This document shows, in pieces, positions 13,511 through 26,584 of a stretch of 64,000 bases of DNA. The DNA lies in the NCBI GenBank assembly GCA_051294905.1, contig CM119371.1, positions 6,202,001 to 6,266,000 on the forward strand, given 5' to 3'. Position numbers and translations under genes: made by a program. Each line of letters opens with the position of its first letter. Within the stretch, counting starts at the first letter, position 1. Under the pieces are notes generated by a model. It was not told the origin of the DNA, searched no databases, and saw only the letters and a list, made by a program, of their open reading frames with translations. The DNA is from Botryllus schlosseri. Its lineage: Eukaryota.

Positions 13511-14597
13511 TTGGATTAACTATTTCAAATTCATCGAAATAAAGGGAGAATAGCAGGCAGTCAGGGTGACTGGCTATCTCAGGATGACTTTTGAGATAAT
13601 CTCCAATCTCCATGTAAGCAGTCTGTCACGGTACGACACCCGTGAAACGGAGTTGGCTTCGAAATGGGAGATTCAACAGTGGCCTTTAACAGTGCTTCCA
13701 ACTGCTACATAAAAGGAACAAAGTAGCCGTATGCAGAAGCAGTCTGAAGCATATAACCATCTCGAGTTAAAATATTTTTAAACCGTCTCCCAAATTCGAC
13801 ACTTTCAGGTTCAAATCTGTTAGCACGTTCTCTGCGCGATCAAGCAACCACGCAGAGTAGGAATTTAGATAGCTGCCCGTTGTTCCCACCTGAATTCCAG
13901 CATGCTCAGTCGGGTACGTTCCTCAATCACGGCATCGTCGAACAGCTGCAGTATGCATCGCAACGCTTGCACATGCACACGTTTGGTCAACAGCGGATTC
14001 TTCTTCCTGTTGCTGGTCAACCTCAGCAGGGCCCTGCGGAATAAACGCGTAGCGGGAAAACCACGCCGAAAACGTGACGCACTCAAAGCGTTTTGGTGGG
14101 GTTCCATGTTGCGCAGCATGTACATCACTCGGATTACTTCCGGGCTCGGAGACGCGTTAGACTGTAAATCGCAGTCGTGCATCGGGGCTCCCATAAATTT
14201 TTCAATCTAAAAGGCGAATTTGTGAAATTTTTTTGTAACATTTTTTGTGAATAATTTTTCTTTTACCAAGTCCCGATCCGCGGAGGGCTCGTCTTTTGCG
14301 GAATTCTGAAGGAATTCTATCGCCAGATTGAGGTGCATTTTGAAAATGTTCAGAGAGTGATACTCGGCAATGGCAGACCTTTGAACAAAATGATAGACGC
14401 ATGTTCGCCGAGTTCTTTGATATTGATATGTCTAAGCGTCGAACAACATTGTCCTTATCTGATGAGCCCGCCGGTATGAAGGGCGGGCCACAATATATGC
14501 AAGTAATACCATTATCAACCGGATACTTCGCGCAGCTAGAGCATGAGTGCACATTAGGGCTGTTCACAAATAACCTTTTTTCCTGACACAGGATACA

Positions 14598-15381
14598 TTT
14601 TGAACAATCCGACCAATCAGGTGAAGTCTGGGAAATTCCGAAAAACCAAATGGAAATTTAAACTGACAGATATTTTGAACATTTCGACCAATCAGGTGAA
14701 GTCTGGGAAATTTCGAAAAACCAAATGGAAATTTCAACTGACAGATATTTTGAATGAAGATTTTGAACATTTCGACCAATCAGGTGAAGTCTGGGAAATT
14801 TCGAAAAACCAAATGGAAATTTAAACTGACAGATATTTTGAATGAAGATTTTGAACATTTCGACCAATCAGGTGAAGTCTGGGAAATTTCGAAAAAACAA
14901 ATGGAAATTTAAACTGACAGATATTTTGAATGAAGATTTTGAACATTTCGACCAATCAGGTGAAGTCTGGGAAATTTCGAAAAACCAAATGGAAATTTAA
15001 ACTGACAGATATTTTGAATGAAGATTTTGAACATTTCGACCAATCAGGTGAAGTCTGGGAAATTTCGAAAAAACAAATGGAAATTTAAACTGACAGATAT
15101 TTTGAATGAAGATTTTGAACATTTCGACCAATCAGGTGAAGTCTGGGAAATTTCGAAAAACCAAATGGAAATTTAAACTGACAGATATTTTGAATGAAGA
15201 TTTTGAACATTTCGACCAATCAGGTGAAGTCTGGGAAATTCCGAAAAAACAAATGGAAATTTAAACTGACAGATATTTTGAATGAAGATTTTGAACATTT
15301 CGACCAATCAGGTGAAGTCTGGGAAATTCCGAAAAACCAAATGGAAATTTAAACTGACAGATATTTTGAATGAAGATTTCG
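14598..15381. repeat. Tandem array of an 88-bp unit, about 9 copies
   Basis: Unit TTTTGAACATTTCGACCAATCAGGTGAAGTCTGGGAAATTTCGAAAAACCAAATGGAAATTTAAACTGACAGATATTTTGAATGAAGA starts at 14673, 14761, 14849, 14937, 15025, 15113, 15201 and 15289. The first copy (14598) is 75 bp. Confidence 0.97.
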
Positions 15382-15720
15382 AAGTTACCTGAAAATCGTA
15401 CCACTCGAGTGGTTAGGCCTCAAAATGAGATTGTCTAGAGTCACAATACAGTGTCGAATGTACTAATATTAGGAAATTACTCTCCACCAGAGAAATTAGA
15501 CGCGACCATAGCTTTGGTGATTCAGCCCTCACTAAGCTATCAAACCACCTCAAAGACACCCGCTGATAAATTAATATATTAGATCATCTCGGAGATTGCT
15601 GTCAAAAAGGTTTCCGTATGATGTCTCAACGACTCGCTATAGTGAAATTTCAAATTAGAAGCTATCTGCACTTACGTTTACATTATGGAGATCGGCTAGC
15701 CTGCGCAGGGCGAGACCTAC

Positions 15721-15854
15721 GCATTTCACAGTCCACGAAAACGCAAGGTTCGGCCGTCCGGCGTTCTTCAGGATTCTGGTCAAATCGAACACGGACTTTT
15801 GCAATTTGGCAAAGTACCCTTCCACTGCGTCTTTACCTTTGCCGGGCCGGTAGT
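15721..15854 (-). other. Candidate orphan coding exon
   Basis: cctttcag|AC TAC CGG...AAA TGC|gtaggt; open frame YRPGKGKDAVEGYFAKLQKSVFDLTRILKNAGRPNLAFSWTVKC with GC3-rich codons. Confidence 0.4.
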
Positions 15855-17727
15855 CTGAAAGGACGACGCGACTCTAGCAAGCCAGTTCAAGTACCGGCAG
15901 GTTTCGTGAGAGGCCCATAGTATTTTTCACAAGTTTTGAGAGCAGCATTAGACGCCAGCTCCACCAGAAGCAGCTAATATTCACAGAAGGTAATTAAACG
16001 CCATGTAACCTTCACGTCTTTCTTCCCTACACTACAAAAAATAATAAGACAATTTTGGTCTTATTGCCTTAAAGTGACTTTTTATGAAAAAATGTCTTAA
16101 AGACCAATCGGTCTTAAAGACTAATCGGTCTTAACAAGAATTTTTCGTCTCAAAATTAAGACCGAAATTGCTTGAAAATAAGACTTTTTTTTATAAAAAG
16201 TCACTTTAGGAATTTTCCAGCTGTGCATAGTGCAGTTATCAAAATTATATTTTTCAACCATGCACAGCTGCTATACCCCCCGACTATTTGAACATTAATA
16301 ATCTAAGCACCACTCACCAAAATATGAAATATAAAAAGCTGGAATATAAAGTAAGCCCTGCCCCAAGCTATTACATATGCTTAATGAAGTATTATTCTAT
16401 AATATATCAAGGTGTATAAAAAAATATATAACCCAAAATACCTTTAGACACATGGGAAATATATGAATATAGTTTTCTTGTCATAACGCAGCTTAGATCC
16501 TTGAAATCACTATTGACATTGCTTTTATTGGACAGTGCTCGTTCTTAGCTTTCATATGATACCTTACTCAATAAATTTGAAGCATACCTTTTTTCACAAT
16601 TCAACCTGAAAAATGTCATCACGCATGACTGATTTTACTCCAGCATTACCTTTAACCCCCCTTTCAACCCCAAACGGCTAGGGTAGGGTATTATTATAAT
16701 AAAAATATTCAAAATGAGTGTTAGGCTATGTACTTTCTGAAAATGTACTCCATTTAAAGCCACAGAAATAGGCCCAGCAACTGCTTGTGTGTAAGCATGT
16801 TCATGGTGATAAAAATGAGTACGTTATGAACGCGAGACCCCAGATGAACACTGCGACTCGGACTCAACCCGTTGCTTCCTCACTTGACTCGATGGCAAAC
16901 TGAAAATGACTCGAGTCAAAACTATAGATTAATCAGATTGACTTGCGACTTAGCTACAGCCCTGCTGAAAACAGTCTTCCTGACTAAACTTTCGGTTAAG
17001 ATTTTCAACTGCCTTGATCAGGCCTATCTATAGTGGATTTGGTTTAGGGATCAATTTTATACTATGTTGGAATTAGTAAATTAGTAGGCTTAGGGACAAT
17101 GTTTGAAATTTGTGGTTGATTTTTTGTAAGTGTGGCATTTGTTCTATCCTCATTCATGATGATCTGAATAAAAGTATCTGAAATTGAAAAAAATGTCGCA
17201 ATGGGAAGACGATAGTAAACTCATGCTGTATTGAACCCGAATATTTTCGGCAGTAGACATTTGGAAAGAACATTGTATATCAAAAATCGTATACAACAAA
17301 AGATGACATCGCCGGCATGTCTATGAACTATAAAAGTCCGATTGACTTGTGACATGGTTACAACCCTGTATTCTAGACCTGATTTAGAATGAAAATTGAA
17401 AGTACACGAGCAGGTGCAGGAATTTCGGTTTAAATCCGAAAAACCGTCGAGTACAACCGGACGTAGTCTGCAAATGGATTACGCTAGGGTCGCTCAAAAA
17501 TTACTTTTTTCCCCGATTCCTGTGGTTCACCAATTAAATTGTTAAGCCGTCTATAAAAAAAAACGCTGCAAACCAAATTCTGCTCGATTTTAACTGGTAG
17601 ATGTGAACGCTCGAGAGTTTGATTTTGAATTGAATTAAACTAGGCCTACAATTACAAATTTTACTTAGCGTACATCTCTACTACCTATGAACCGCAAAAG
17701 GACTATAGCCCTGCCCGATATACTTAC

Positions 17728-20700
17728 AGCTGCTTTAGCTTTGGGTGCCGCCTTTTTAGCCGGCTGCGACTTCTTTATCGGGACATTGCTGTCGGGACCG
17801 TTCGACTTCCCAGACGCGTCAGAGTCCGATATCTTAGACTTTTTGGGGGCGGGCTGAAAAATACAAACGCACGCCGTAATCCTCTGATGACCCGTCCGAC
17901 ATTTCATTGCAATTCCGAAGAACAGTATAGTAACCACGCTAGCGGAATTTCGTCTATTGGTACTGGTACTTGAAAATGCGACCAAAAACTGCTAAAAGCG
18001 AGGAAAATTAGTATGTTATGAATGCGAAACATTGGATATCACCAAACAGAAGTATAAAAAGTAGGTTTTACAAGACTTCAACTGGAAACTGAGCAGTCAA
18101 CACAATGACTTGGACTGAGATTGAAGAAGTTTATCGTCGATTGTCGCTGCGTGTATCGTCATTGTTTCACCATAATCGCTCGTATTACGATTATTTTTAG
18201 ACATGTCTAAATAATATTTACACAAAAGCGTAGCTTGTGGCAACTTGTGTACAAAGCAAAATTTCGTTGGCGTCGTAGAGATTGCGCTGTCGGTGAACTT
18301 ATCATTCAAAATTTTACACCTTGCAGAGTGCTTTATAAGTCTACTGTGGGTAGACGACCTCAATTTGCAGCATAAAAGGTAGAATGATTTAAATACACGA
18401 GGGAAAAAATTGATCGAAATCAACTTTTTGGTTGCAAAATATCTTAAAATGTTAATTTCTGAGTACAAAATCTTCCGTTTTCATGTAAAAATATAAGCCC
18501 GGTATCAGCACGCTAAGTTACGATTACGGGCGACCAAGTGCCGAAATCACCCAATGTCGATTTCACTCGTAACCCTGGAATCAGCCAGGCGCTGGCCTTC
18601 CAGCGACTACTTCTCCAGAGCGCTAACGTAGGATTTTCGCATTTTTCGCTACCCGCGCCAACGGGACCGTTTTCAGACACTGCTCCGGGGAGTTTATGAT
18701 CCTGGCATGGAAAACAGTGTTCGAATCAGAGACGGTCAAATTCAGACTCCGACAACTACACCATTACTTGAGAAAAATGTAGGTAACTCTAATAGTAGCG
18801 AGACGCTTCCCGCACTAATTTCAACTATAACATAATTTCTGGTTTTCATGAAAACGCTACAAGAAAGTGAACTGTGTAGCAGTGTAAAACAAGCCAAGCT
18901 CGCTGTGCAAACATTTGCCATTCTCATACGCTTCTGGGAGCTTTTTTTTCATCCGGTAATGTAAATTTCAATCCGATTTGGAATTAATACAATGTTCAAA
19001 CTCAAGTACTTCTAAATGACATGACAAATAAGTCAAAATCTTGTGAAAATTGCACCGTTACGTCGAATTTGTATACAAAGTAGAAACTTTTTTTGCAACC
19101 TGCATTTCGTTTGTATCGTAGATTTAGCACTGTCGGTGAACTTATCATTTGACATTTTACAGCTTGTAGCCTACTTTATAGGCCTACCGTTGTAGACGAC
19201 CCATCGTCTGCTCATTGTGAATCAGACAGAAGGTCGACATTTGGTCAGAATTAACATTTTTTAGTCGAAAACGTGAAAATTTTGATTTTTTAGATCGAAT
19301 TCTTCACTTTTTTAGGTAAAAAAATCGCCCAGTCAAACTAATTCGGAAAAAAAACGGTAGCTATCATTCTACTTTTGATCTATTTTGGTTAAGCCAGAAA
19401 TTTTCCAGCCATTCGACTCTGGTTAAAGCAGCAAAGTCGCAAACTTCTACTCGACCACAAGTAAAACCGGCGATTCCCACTAATCTACGAGCGTCGTTCC
19501 GAAACCCACCTTGACCAGAGCCTTTGGCGCCTTCTTTTTAGCCGGTGGAGATCTGTCCGCCTCGCTGCCGTCTGATTCCGGAATCTTACCGGCGGCGCCG
19601 GGGCTGTCCGAGCCCCACGGTTCTTTCCTCCTGGCCTTTTTAGGGGCGGGCTGTAAAAACACGGACCGAATTCGAACGCGCGTGACCACTTGACCAAGCG
19701 CAGCGTCGAAAAAAAATTGTGAAAAACACCATCGTATCGTTATTCTATCCAAATTTGTCGCGTCAGCCATGAAATAAAAGGATATCGTCATATGATATTA
19801 CGAAGACCATCGTGAGAACATCATTCGCGACATAGCTATTCGAGAAAGACATATTTACACGAGCAGTCGTCGATCTAGGCAGTGTTACACGCATTTGCTC
19901 AGGATTTTGATGACTCGACTCGAGTCAAATTCCGATCTTTTCAAGCTCTGAGCATTAGGAATTTCGTGCCGCAGACCTCACATTTTGTGGTGCGATTGTA
20001 GAAATATGATGTTCTTTAAAATTTCCTACCAGTTGCTGACGATTACCCCTGACGAGTGTCCGCCGAAAATATCAGTGTTCATTACAATATCAATAATTTT
20101 CTATATATAATTCAAGTAGCTGAAGTTTGCAGAATCTGAAAAATTCACCAAATGCCTATTCTAAATATCACTTGTCCACAAATGGTGCGCTACAATTGAC
20201 GAGACTTGTGGAAAAGCTCACCTTGGCACGGGCTTTCAGGGCCGTCTTTTTCGCGGGCGGAGATTCCTTCACCTCCCGGACGCTGCCAGAGTCGTAAATT
20301 TTGCCGGACCCTCCGGAGCTGTCCGAGTCCCACGTGTCTTTTTTCTTAGCCTTCTTAGGGGCGGGCTGAAAAATGACAGGCACAATTTTAAAAGCGCCCG
20401 ACCGCACCTAGTTCGATAAAAAATCAGTTGTAATCAGAATTTTTTGTCGCGTCAGCCATGAAATTAAAGACATCGTCAAATCGTATTACGAAGATCATCG
20501 TGAGAACATCTTTCGCGACAAAAAATCAATCATTCTTTGATTTCACAAGAACGCAAAAAGACAGAAATCGACTAACCTTGGAAGTTTTAGCAGGCTTCTT
20601 CGCCGCAGGAGCCTTTTTGGGTTGCTCTAAAAAGGCAAGTGGTGAAGATGGCACAAGTTTTTTGAAAAGTCTGATAACTAGGCTGGCTGCAATGACGATA

Positions 20701-23434
20701 ACTTTTTTTCGCTCTACACCACCAAGAGTTAGTTTATAAACAAGAATTATCGTTTCAATACTGCTCTTCAATGCGGAAGCCTTAAAACCAGAGTTGTAAC
20801 CAAGTCGCAAGGCTCCGAGTCACAAGTCATTCTCCCTTTTCTAGTTTTGACTCGAGTCAAGTGGCGTTATTGTTATTGTGATTTAGAACTTGGATTCTTC
20901 CTTGCGGTCACATAAAAGGGACGCGATCCTTAAACATCCCCGGCAAAGACATCACTCACTTTTCGGAGGCTTAGAAGCGCCGACGTCTTCGTTGGACCCC
21001 GTGTCCTACAGCTTCCTTCGCTTGGCCGGGGCTTTCTGCAAGGACAAAAATGGGGGATTTAGAATGATAGCAACAAAGTATATCTCCAGATTCATGCATG
21101 ATAGGGCTGTTCAAAAATAAACTTTTTCTTCAGATTTTGACTGGCTATGCGTTAAAATTGTTGGGTTGGGCAAAACAAAGCAGCACACCAACTTTGGCTC
21201 AATTCCTACCACCAGAAGTGAGATTATGGCAGTAGAAAAATTTCAATTCCATTATTTAATAATAAATAATCAAGAGTTAGCGACCGTAAATACTATTTCA
21301 CTCAAATCAAAATTTTTCAACGGCAATAACTTCGCTTCTAGTGGTTGGAATTGAACCAAATTTGGTGTGCATCATATATACTGACAGCCTAACAATTTTA
21401 TGGGGTTGATAGAAAAATTTAGAAAATATAATTCTTGTTTATTAATGATAAATTCAAGACGTTCTGCTGCAAGAAAATCGTTTCTACTGGTTGGAATTGA
21501 GCCAAAGTTGGTGTGTAACGTTGATTTTTACCAACCTAACAATTTCATCAAGTAGCCAGTGAAATCTGAAAAAGAAGTTTTTTTTTTAACAGCCTATCGT
21601 ACAGTTATCATGCAGGGTCTGCAGGAAACCCCAAAAATTTGGACTGGAATTTGATCGAACAAGTGCAACCTTAACGGCACAAAGACAAGAGAAATTTCGA
21701 CATTTTCAACAATCCTATATGACCTAACACCACAATTTCTGCTTCTTTGGACAAGTCAAAAAATAATCGCGCCAATCAAGCGGCCAAAAATTCAGCAAAC
21801 ATCGTCTCGTCACACCTTGGCGACGGGAGAGGGCGGCTTCAGGTCCATAATCTCGTCCCAGGAGAGATCGGCCTTTTTGGAGGACTCCTCCGCGCCACGG
21901 TCGATATCGTCCAAGTCTCCCGATTCCCTGTACAGAAAGGCCAGGCTAAAATATAAAACTAGGACCTAACATCCCAAATTATGACAAGGGCCAGGAACAG
22001 CGACCCGAGTCGGTTAGTGAGAGCGAGAGACGAGGTTTTACGAGCCCTGAAATTGCACGCTCCTCCCCGTTGAGAGTTGATTTACCGACACAAATGACAG
22101 TCTCTTTAGCGGTCACGTTTTTAAGTGCGTAACATGACTCGACTCGAGTCAATTTCTGTATCGACTCCACTCACTGTGCCCGACTCGAACCAAGTCACAT
22201 GACTCGATCCTAGGACGTTCGAGACAATAGACTTCATTGTAACTTCCAAGAATAGTAAGTCCCCATATTACCCGCATTCCGTCTATCAGTCATGATTAGG
22301 ACAAGTTTTTGCAACTTTTACATCTTCCGGCAGCTTCCTAAATACTTGGAAGTTACCGTCATTTTCCAAGTATAGTATGCCCCAATGTATATTACGCACC
22401 CCTAAAATAGCATGCAAATTTTGGGGAAAAGCCTGTACCCATGTATAGTACGCACCCTGCATTTCAGTACATGAATAGTTCCGATTTCGTACACGATGTC
22501 ATTCTGTTTTGCGATGTCACTCTTGAACGATCATTACACAACGATCGCTAATCCTGCAATTAGCGGGATTGTCTTTAAACGATAGTAGATAGCAGCCAAA
22601 GCCTGCGAGGCGGGAGACACGACATCTTGAGCACGAGGAGACCTTTTACAGATGCGATTGCTAATCATTATCGTTGACGCGGTGAATTGCCGTGCGCGAG
22701 TGCCAATACTAAGCGCGTTGGCTGAAAGTGATGCACGATTGAAAACAAACATGATGATAGGTGTGATTTCAAGTTTTTTACCGAGGGAGATATTTATCAA
22801 GGCTTGTTGTACTCATGTATAATACGCACCCCCCTATTTTATGGCAAAAAATCAAGAAAATATTGCAGATTATACACGGGAAATTAGGGTGTGTAGAATG
22901 CCGTTTCAAGCTGTTTGAAGGAATCTTATAGTGCAACTTTTCTCCATTTCTTTCATGCAACTTTTTCGATTTTTCATGGAACTAATTTTCTGCAGGAAAT
23001 ATTTGGCACTATATGCAAGTAGATCGCAATGCAACAAAAACTCACTTGTCTTTATTATCATCTTCGGAGTCCGACGAGAGGACCAACGTCTTTTTGGCGG
23101 GGCTGAAACGCAAACGCGGCGGGTCAGTTAGCGCGAAAACGGACGAGAAATCAAAGCGCTCACCTTTTCTTTGTCGGCGAGCTGTCAAAGTCAGAGTCGT
23201 CGGCCTTTTTCGCTGAAATCGACAGATAAAGATGATATGGCGATCTCGATAGGGACGAAAAAGACTGCTAACCTTTCTTGGTAGGTTTGAAATCGTCGCT
23301 GTCGTTCGACGACAAGACAATGTTGCCGTCCGATTCGTCTTCGGAAGTGTCCCAAGGCTCCTTCTTCTTCTCTTTAGCTTCCGATTTCGGCTTGAAATTC
23401 AGCTTTGACTGCTTGGTCGCCGCCGGCTTCACTC
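17728..23434 (-). pseudogene. TOP2: DNA topoisomerase II-like C-terminal domain exons; no catalytic exons in the window; one in-frame TAG
   Basis: Nine phase-compatible GT-AG exons: 23434-23273, 23212-23164, 23102-23046, 21927-21816, 21035-20960, 20626-20577, 20365-20222, 19650-19510 and 17853-17728. KQSKLNFKPK...KKKEPWDTSEDESD resembles TOP2A KQTTLAFKPIKKGKKRNPWSDSES. TAG at 21008-21006. Confidence 0.65.
21104..21594. mobile_element. MITE with TA flanks
   Basis: TA|GGGCTGTTCAAAAATAAACTT...AAGTTTTTTTTTTAACAGCC|TA, imperfect TIRs. Confidence 0.55.
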
Positions 23435-24905
23435 CTAAAACGCACACAAAAGCTAAATACTTCAGACTCCTGGAGTTACAGATTGCAATATACACAGAGA
23501 GAGTATTGTATACGACATATCAACGATCGACATACAATATTCTATTCAGTCGATAACACGATCGTCGACAATACAATGATCTCGTCAATTCTCTACTACC
23601 GTAATTTTCCATGTATCATGCGCAAAATTTCAACGATTTTTGCCCTAAAATAGGGGGGTGCGTATTATACATGAGTACGGTAAGCCTTGAAAAAGAAATC
23701 CCCCGATCAAAAACTTGAACTCACACCTTTCTTCATGTTTGTTTAAATCGCGGATCACTTTCAGCCATCGTGCCCAGTAATTCGTATTATAGAGTGTAAC
23801 GTTTGTAATTAACGAGTGTCGCCTGCAAAGTAGTGATCGACCGATATTGATTTTTACATGCCGATACCGATATATCGGCACACTCACAGGCCGATATTAT
23901 TACGGAAGGAGATGAGAACAATTTCACTGCGGTACACATTTTTCAAAATCCTCAACTAGAACTAGAACTACTCGACCGTTAGTTAGTTGACCGCCACGTC
24001 TATATGAGCTGCTGGATAGTTTTCATATAAAGCATATATGGCCGACAACGGAGCACCGCCACTTATAACGCCCAATCTACCGAGGCCATAGGTACATAGG
24101 ATGCAAATTTTTCGTAGATCCAACAAATGTAGAGTTCATGGAATTCGTGTCAACAGAACGATCATTTCCACATTTTCAATTCAAGGGCCAAACGTTTTGC
24201 AATAATTAGCAATACAGGATTGCACCTATCCCGCGATGACAAACCCTGAACTGGTACTATTCGCGACTCAAAGCCAGGTGCGACGGATCGAATTTTGAGA
24301 AAAACTGGCGGGAGAATGGTGTCGTTATTTCCTCCCTACTAAAGTGGAAACGGACGGCTTTTTGTGATATGCTGTGTGCTGCTGATTATTCGACATTTCT
24401 ACTACAAATGTTTAGCTTTTCTAAAGTAGATTAGAATTAGAATTAGGGCAAAGACACATTTAACAAACTAGATTAGATTTCGCTGTAATTAGTACAATTA
24501 GGTAACTAGTTCTCCAAGTCTGCCTCGGGCATACTCATGGTTTGTAACTGTAAGTAACACGCACTGATATGACCAATCACGAATAAATGTGTATTTAATT
24601 GATACAATTTGATAAATAGGAATTAGTCCGAATGACATTGACAGAAATAGTTCGGTAGACAGCGCTGAGCAATTCTGGAATATAACGGTACAGCTTGACT
24701 CTGTATTTCATGTTAAAGTCCCCAGATTTCGCATTATACTATGGGATCTCTCCGACACATCAGCAGTTTCTTACTACATGACATCATATCCATAGACTAT
24801 AACCTGGCTTTGCGTTAAAAACGGTTCACTCACCGACGTGGAAAAGGCGTTCCGCAATCGAGGCATTACCCTCCTCTGTGGACAGCTGTTTCTTCTGCTC
24901 ATAAC

Positions 24906-25420
24906 TAGGGCTGGGCAAAATCGAGTACCTGAGTGATTCGATTCTGAATCACGTAATATGCTTCGAGTCGAGTCGAGTAATCGAGTATCACTCATTATGA
25001 CGTCACAACAGGATGTAGTATGTCGAAGTCCAAATATGAACCTTTTATGCCACCACAAAGAACGTAAAGCATGTTATCCATCACATTAAAGATACCTTGG
25101 TATTTTTTCGACCATACCGATTTCAATGCACTTCTTAACAATTTTGTTGGATGATAATGACTTCGGAAATGTGTTATTTCCAGTAACGTTCGTAGCTTTG
25201 TACTGTGCCTGGTATGCTAAAACACGGCCAATCAAGGTTTCACGGCTTCCTCAGTGGAAAATAGTATCAAAACTATAATTCTCGTCAGTAAATTAACTTT
25301 CAGTTGCGAGGACCGTATAATTTCAGTACTCGAAAAAATCGTCTTTTACTACTCGACTCGAATCATTAAAATTAGTACTCGATTCAGATTCGAGTACTCG
25401 AATCATTTTGCCCAGCCCTA
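24906..25420. mobile_element. 515-bp hAT-type MITE
   Basis: TIR TAGGGCTGGGCAAAAT...ATTTTGCCCAGCCCTA with a perfect 8-bp TSD CTCATAAC. Relatives at 48701-49207 and ~43130-43532. Confidence 0.93.
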
Positions 25421-26104
25421 CTCATAACCCTGCCCTGTCTATCGCTTCGACGCCACTCACCATGCAGGCAATTGTGACTCTGTCCCATCGCTAACAAATG
25501 CCTCGATATTCTTGGTGATTCACGAAAAATACACTATTTCTCGCCTAAGGGTAAACGGATATCTAAATATGATCACCGTGAAATCACCGGAACACAAAAG
25601 TTTACGTCGGTATCGAACTATCGATGCGCACCTAAGCCTTTAATTTCGGGGTTGGGAACGACGCGTCGCTCACGATTTTACGAATGAAAATATCATAATA
25701 TTTGCAATGCTATTTATACATAGTCAAGGATATAGGTGTGTCACCAGCAAATTTCTAATAAATCCAGTACCCAGTATACAAAACGCTCAACCACACAGTA
25801 CGTCCGAAATGTCACAACGCGCTGTCGCTAACATCCGCATTCATTTCTGCACAACTGATCGCTGACATTTCGCCCACAATAACACAGTACTTTCGCATAT
25901 CATCCTGTACATTCTACATGGTACTTGTGGGTCCGATCGATAAATATCTTTAAGCAACACCGCGGCAATGAAGTTCAACGATAACGTTTCGGGAAACATC
26001 GAAGCCTGTTACGATAATAGCTAGCCTGCGTACCGTCGGCTACGTGACCAGCTCGTGTCCGCGTGCCGAGTATTTCGAGCAGTAGGAGGTCAAGATACAG
26101 AGTA

Positions 26105-26584
26105 CACTACAAAAAAAAATCAGACAAATTTGGTCTCAATGTCTCAAATCGATTTTTTACAAAAAAAAAGTCTTAAAGACCAATTAGTCTTAAAGACCAA
26201 TTAGTCTTACCAAGAACTTTATGTCTCAAAAGTAAGCCAGAAATTGATCGAAAATAGTAGCAGTGCCTTGAGGGCATCCTTTTCAGTGTTAGGGGTCTGA
26301 GCAGAGGAGGGGAAGGATGAGAGAGACCAGAAATTGCAGTGTTGAGATGATCCTGTACTAAGTTTACAAGATATTCACTAGATATAGTTATCAAGGTACA
26401 TGCCACTTACTACTCACATGTACTATTCAGATCAATATATATATGGTTGTCTGAGTCGAAAATAGCATTTATGGTGAGCGGGTAAAATGAGACCATCAGT
26501 GAGACTGAAATTGTTGAAAATGAGACCAAATCATACTCATTTCTTAAATTTGAGACCAAATTTGTCTAATTTTTTTTTGTAGTG
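26105..26584. mobile_element. Non-autonomous CACTA/EnSpm element
   Basis: TIR CACTACAAAAAAAAATCAGACAAATTTGGTCTCAA...TTGAGACCAAATTTGTCTAATTTTTTTTTGTAGTG with a TA duplication. Related CACTAC ends occur near 16030, 48288, 61756 and 62731. Confidence 0.88.

Noticed and set aside
13865..14210. GC-rich overlapping ~100-aa ORFs
   Set aside because: No recognisable motif or splice context, so I cannot support a product.
14598..15381. CRISPR-like array or repeat-protein ORFs
   Set aside because: There are no unique spacers; it is a plain tandem repeat in eukaryotic DNA, and the ORFs are repeat artefacts.
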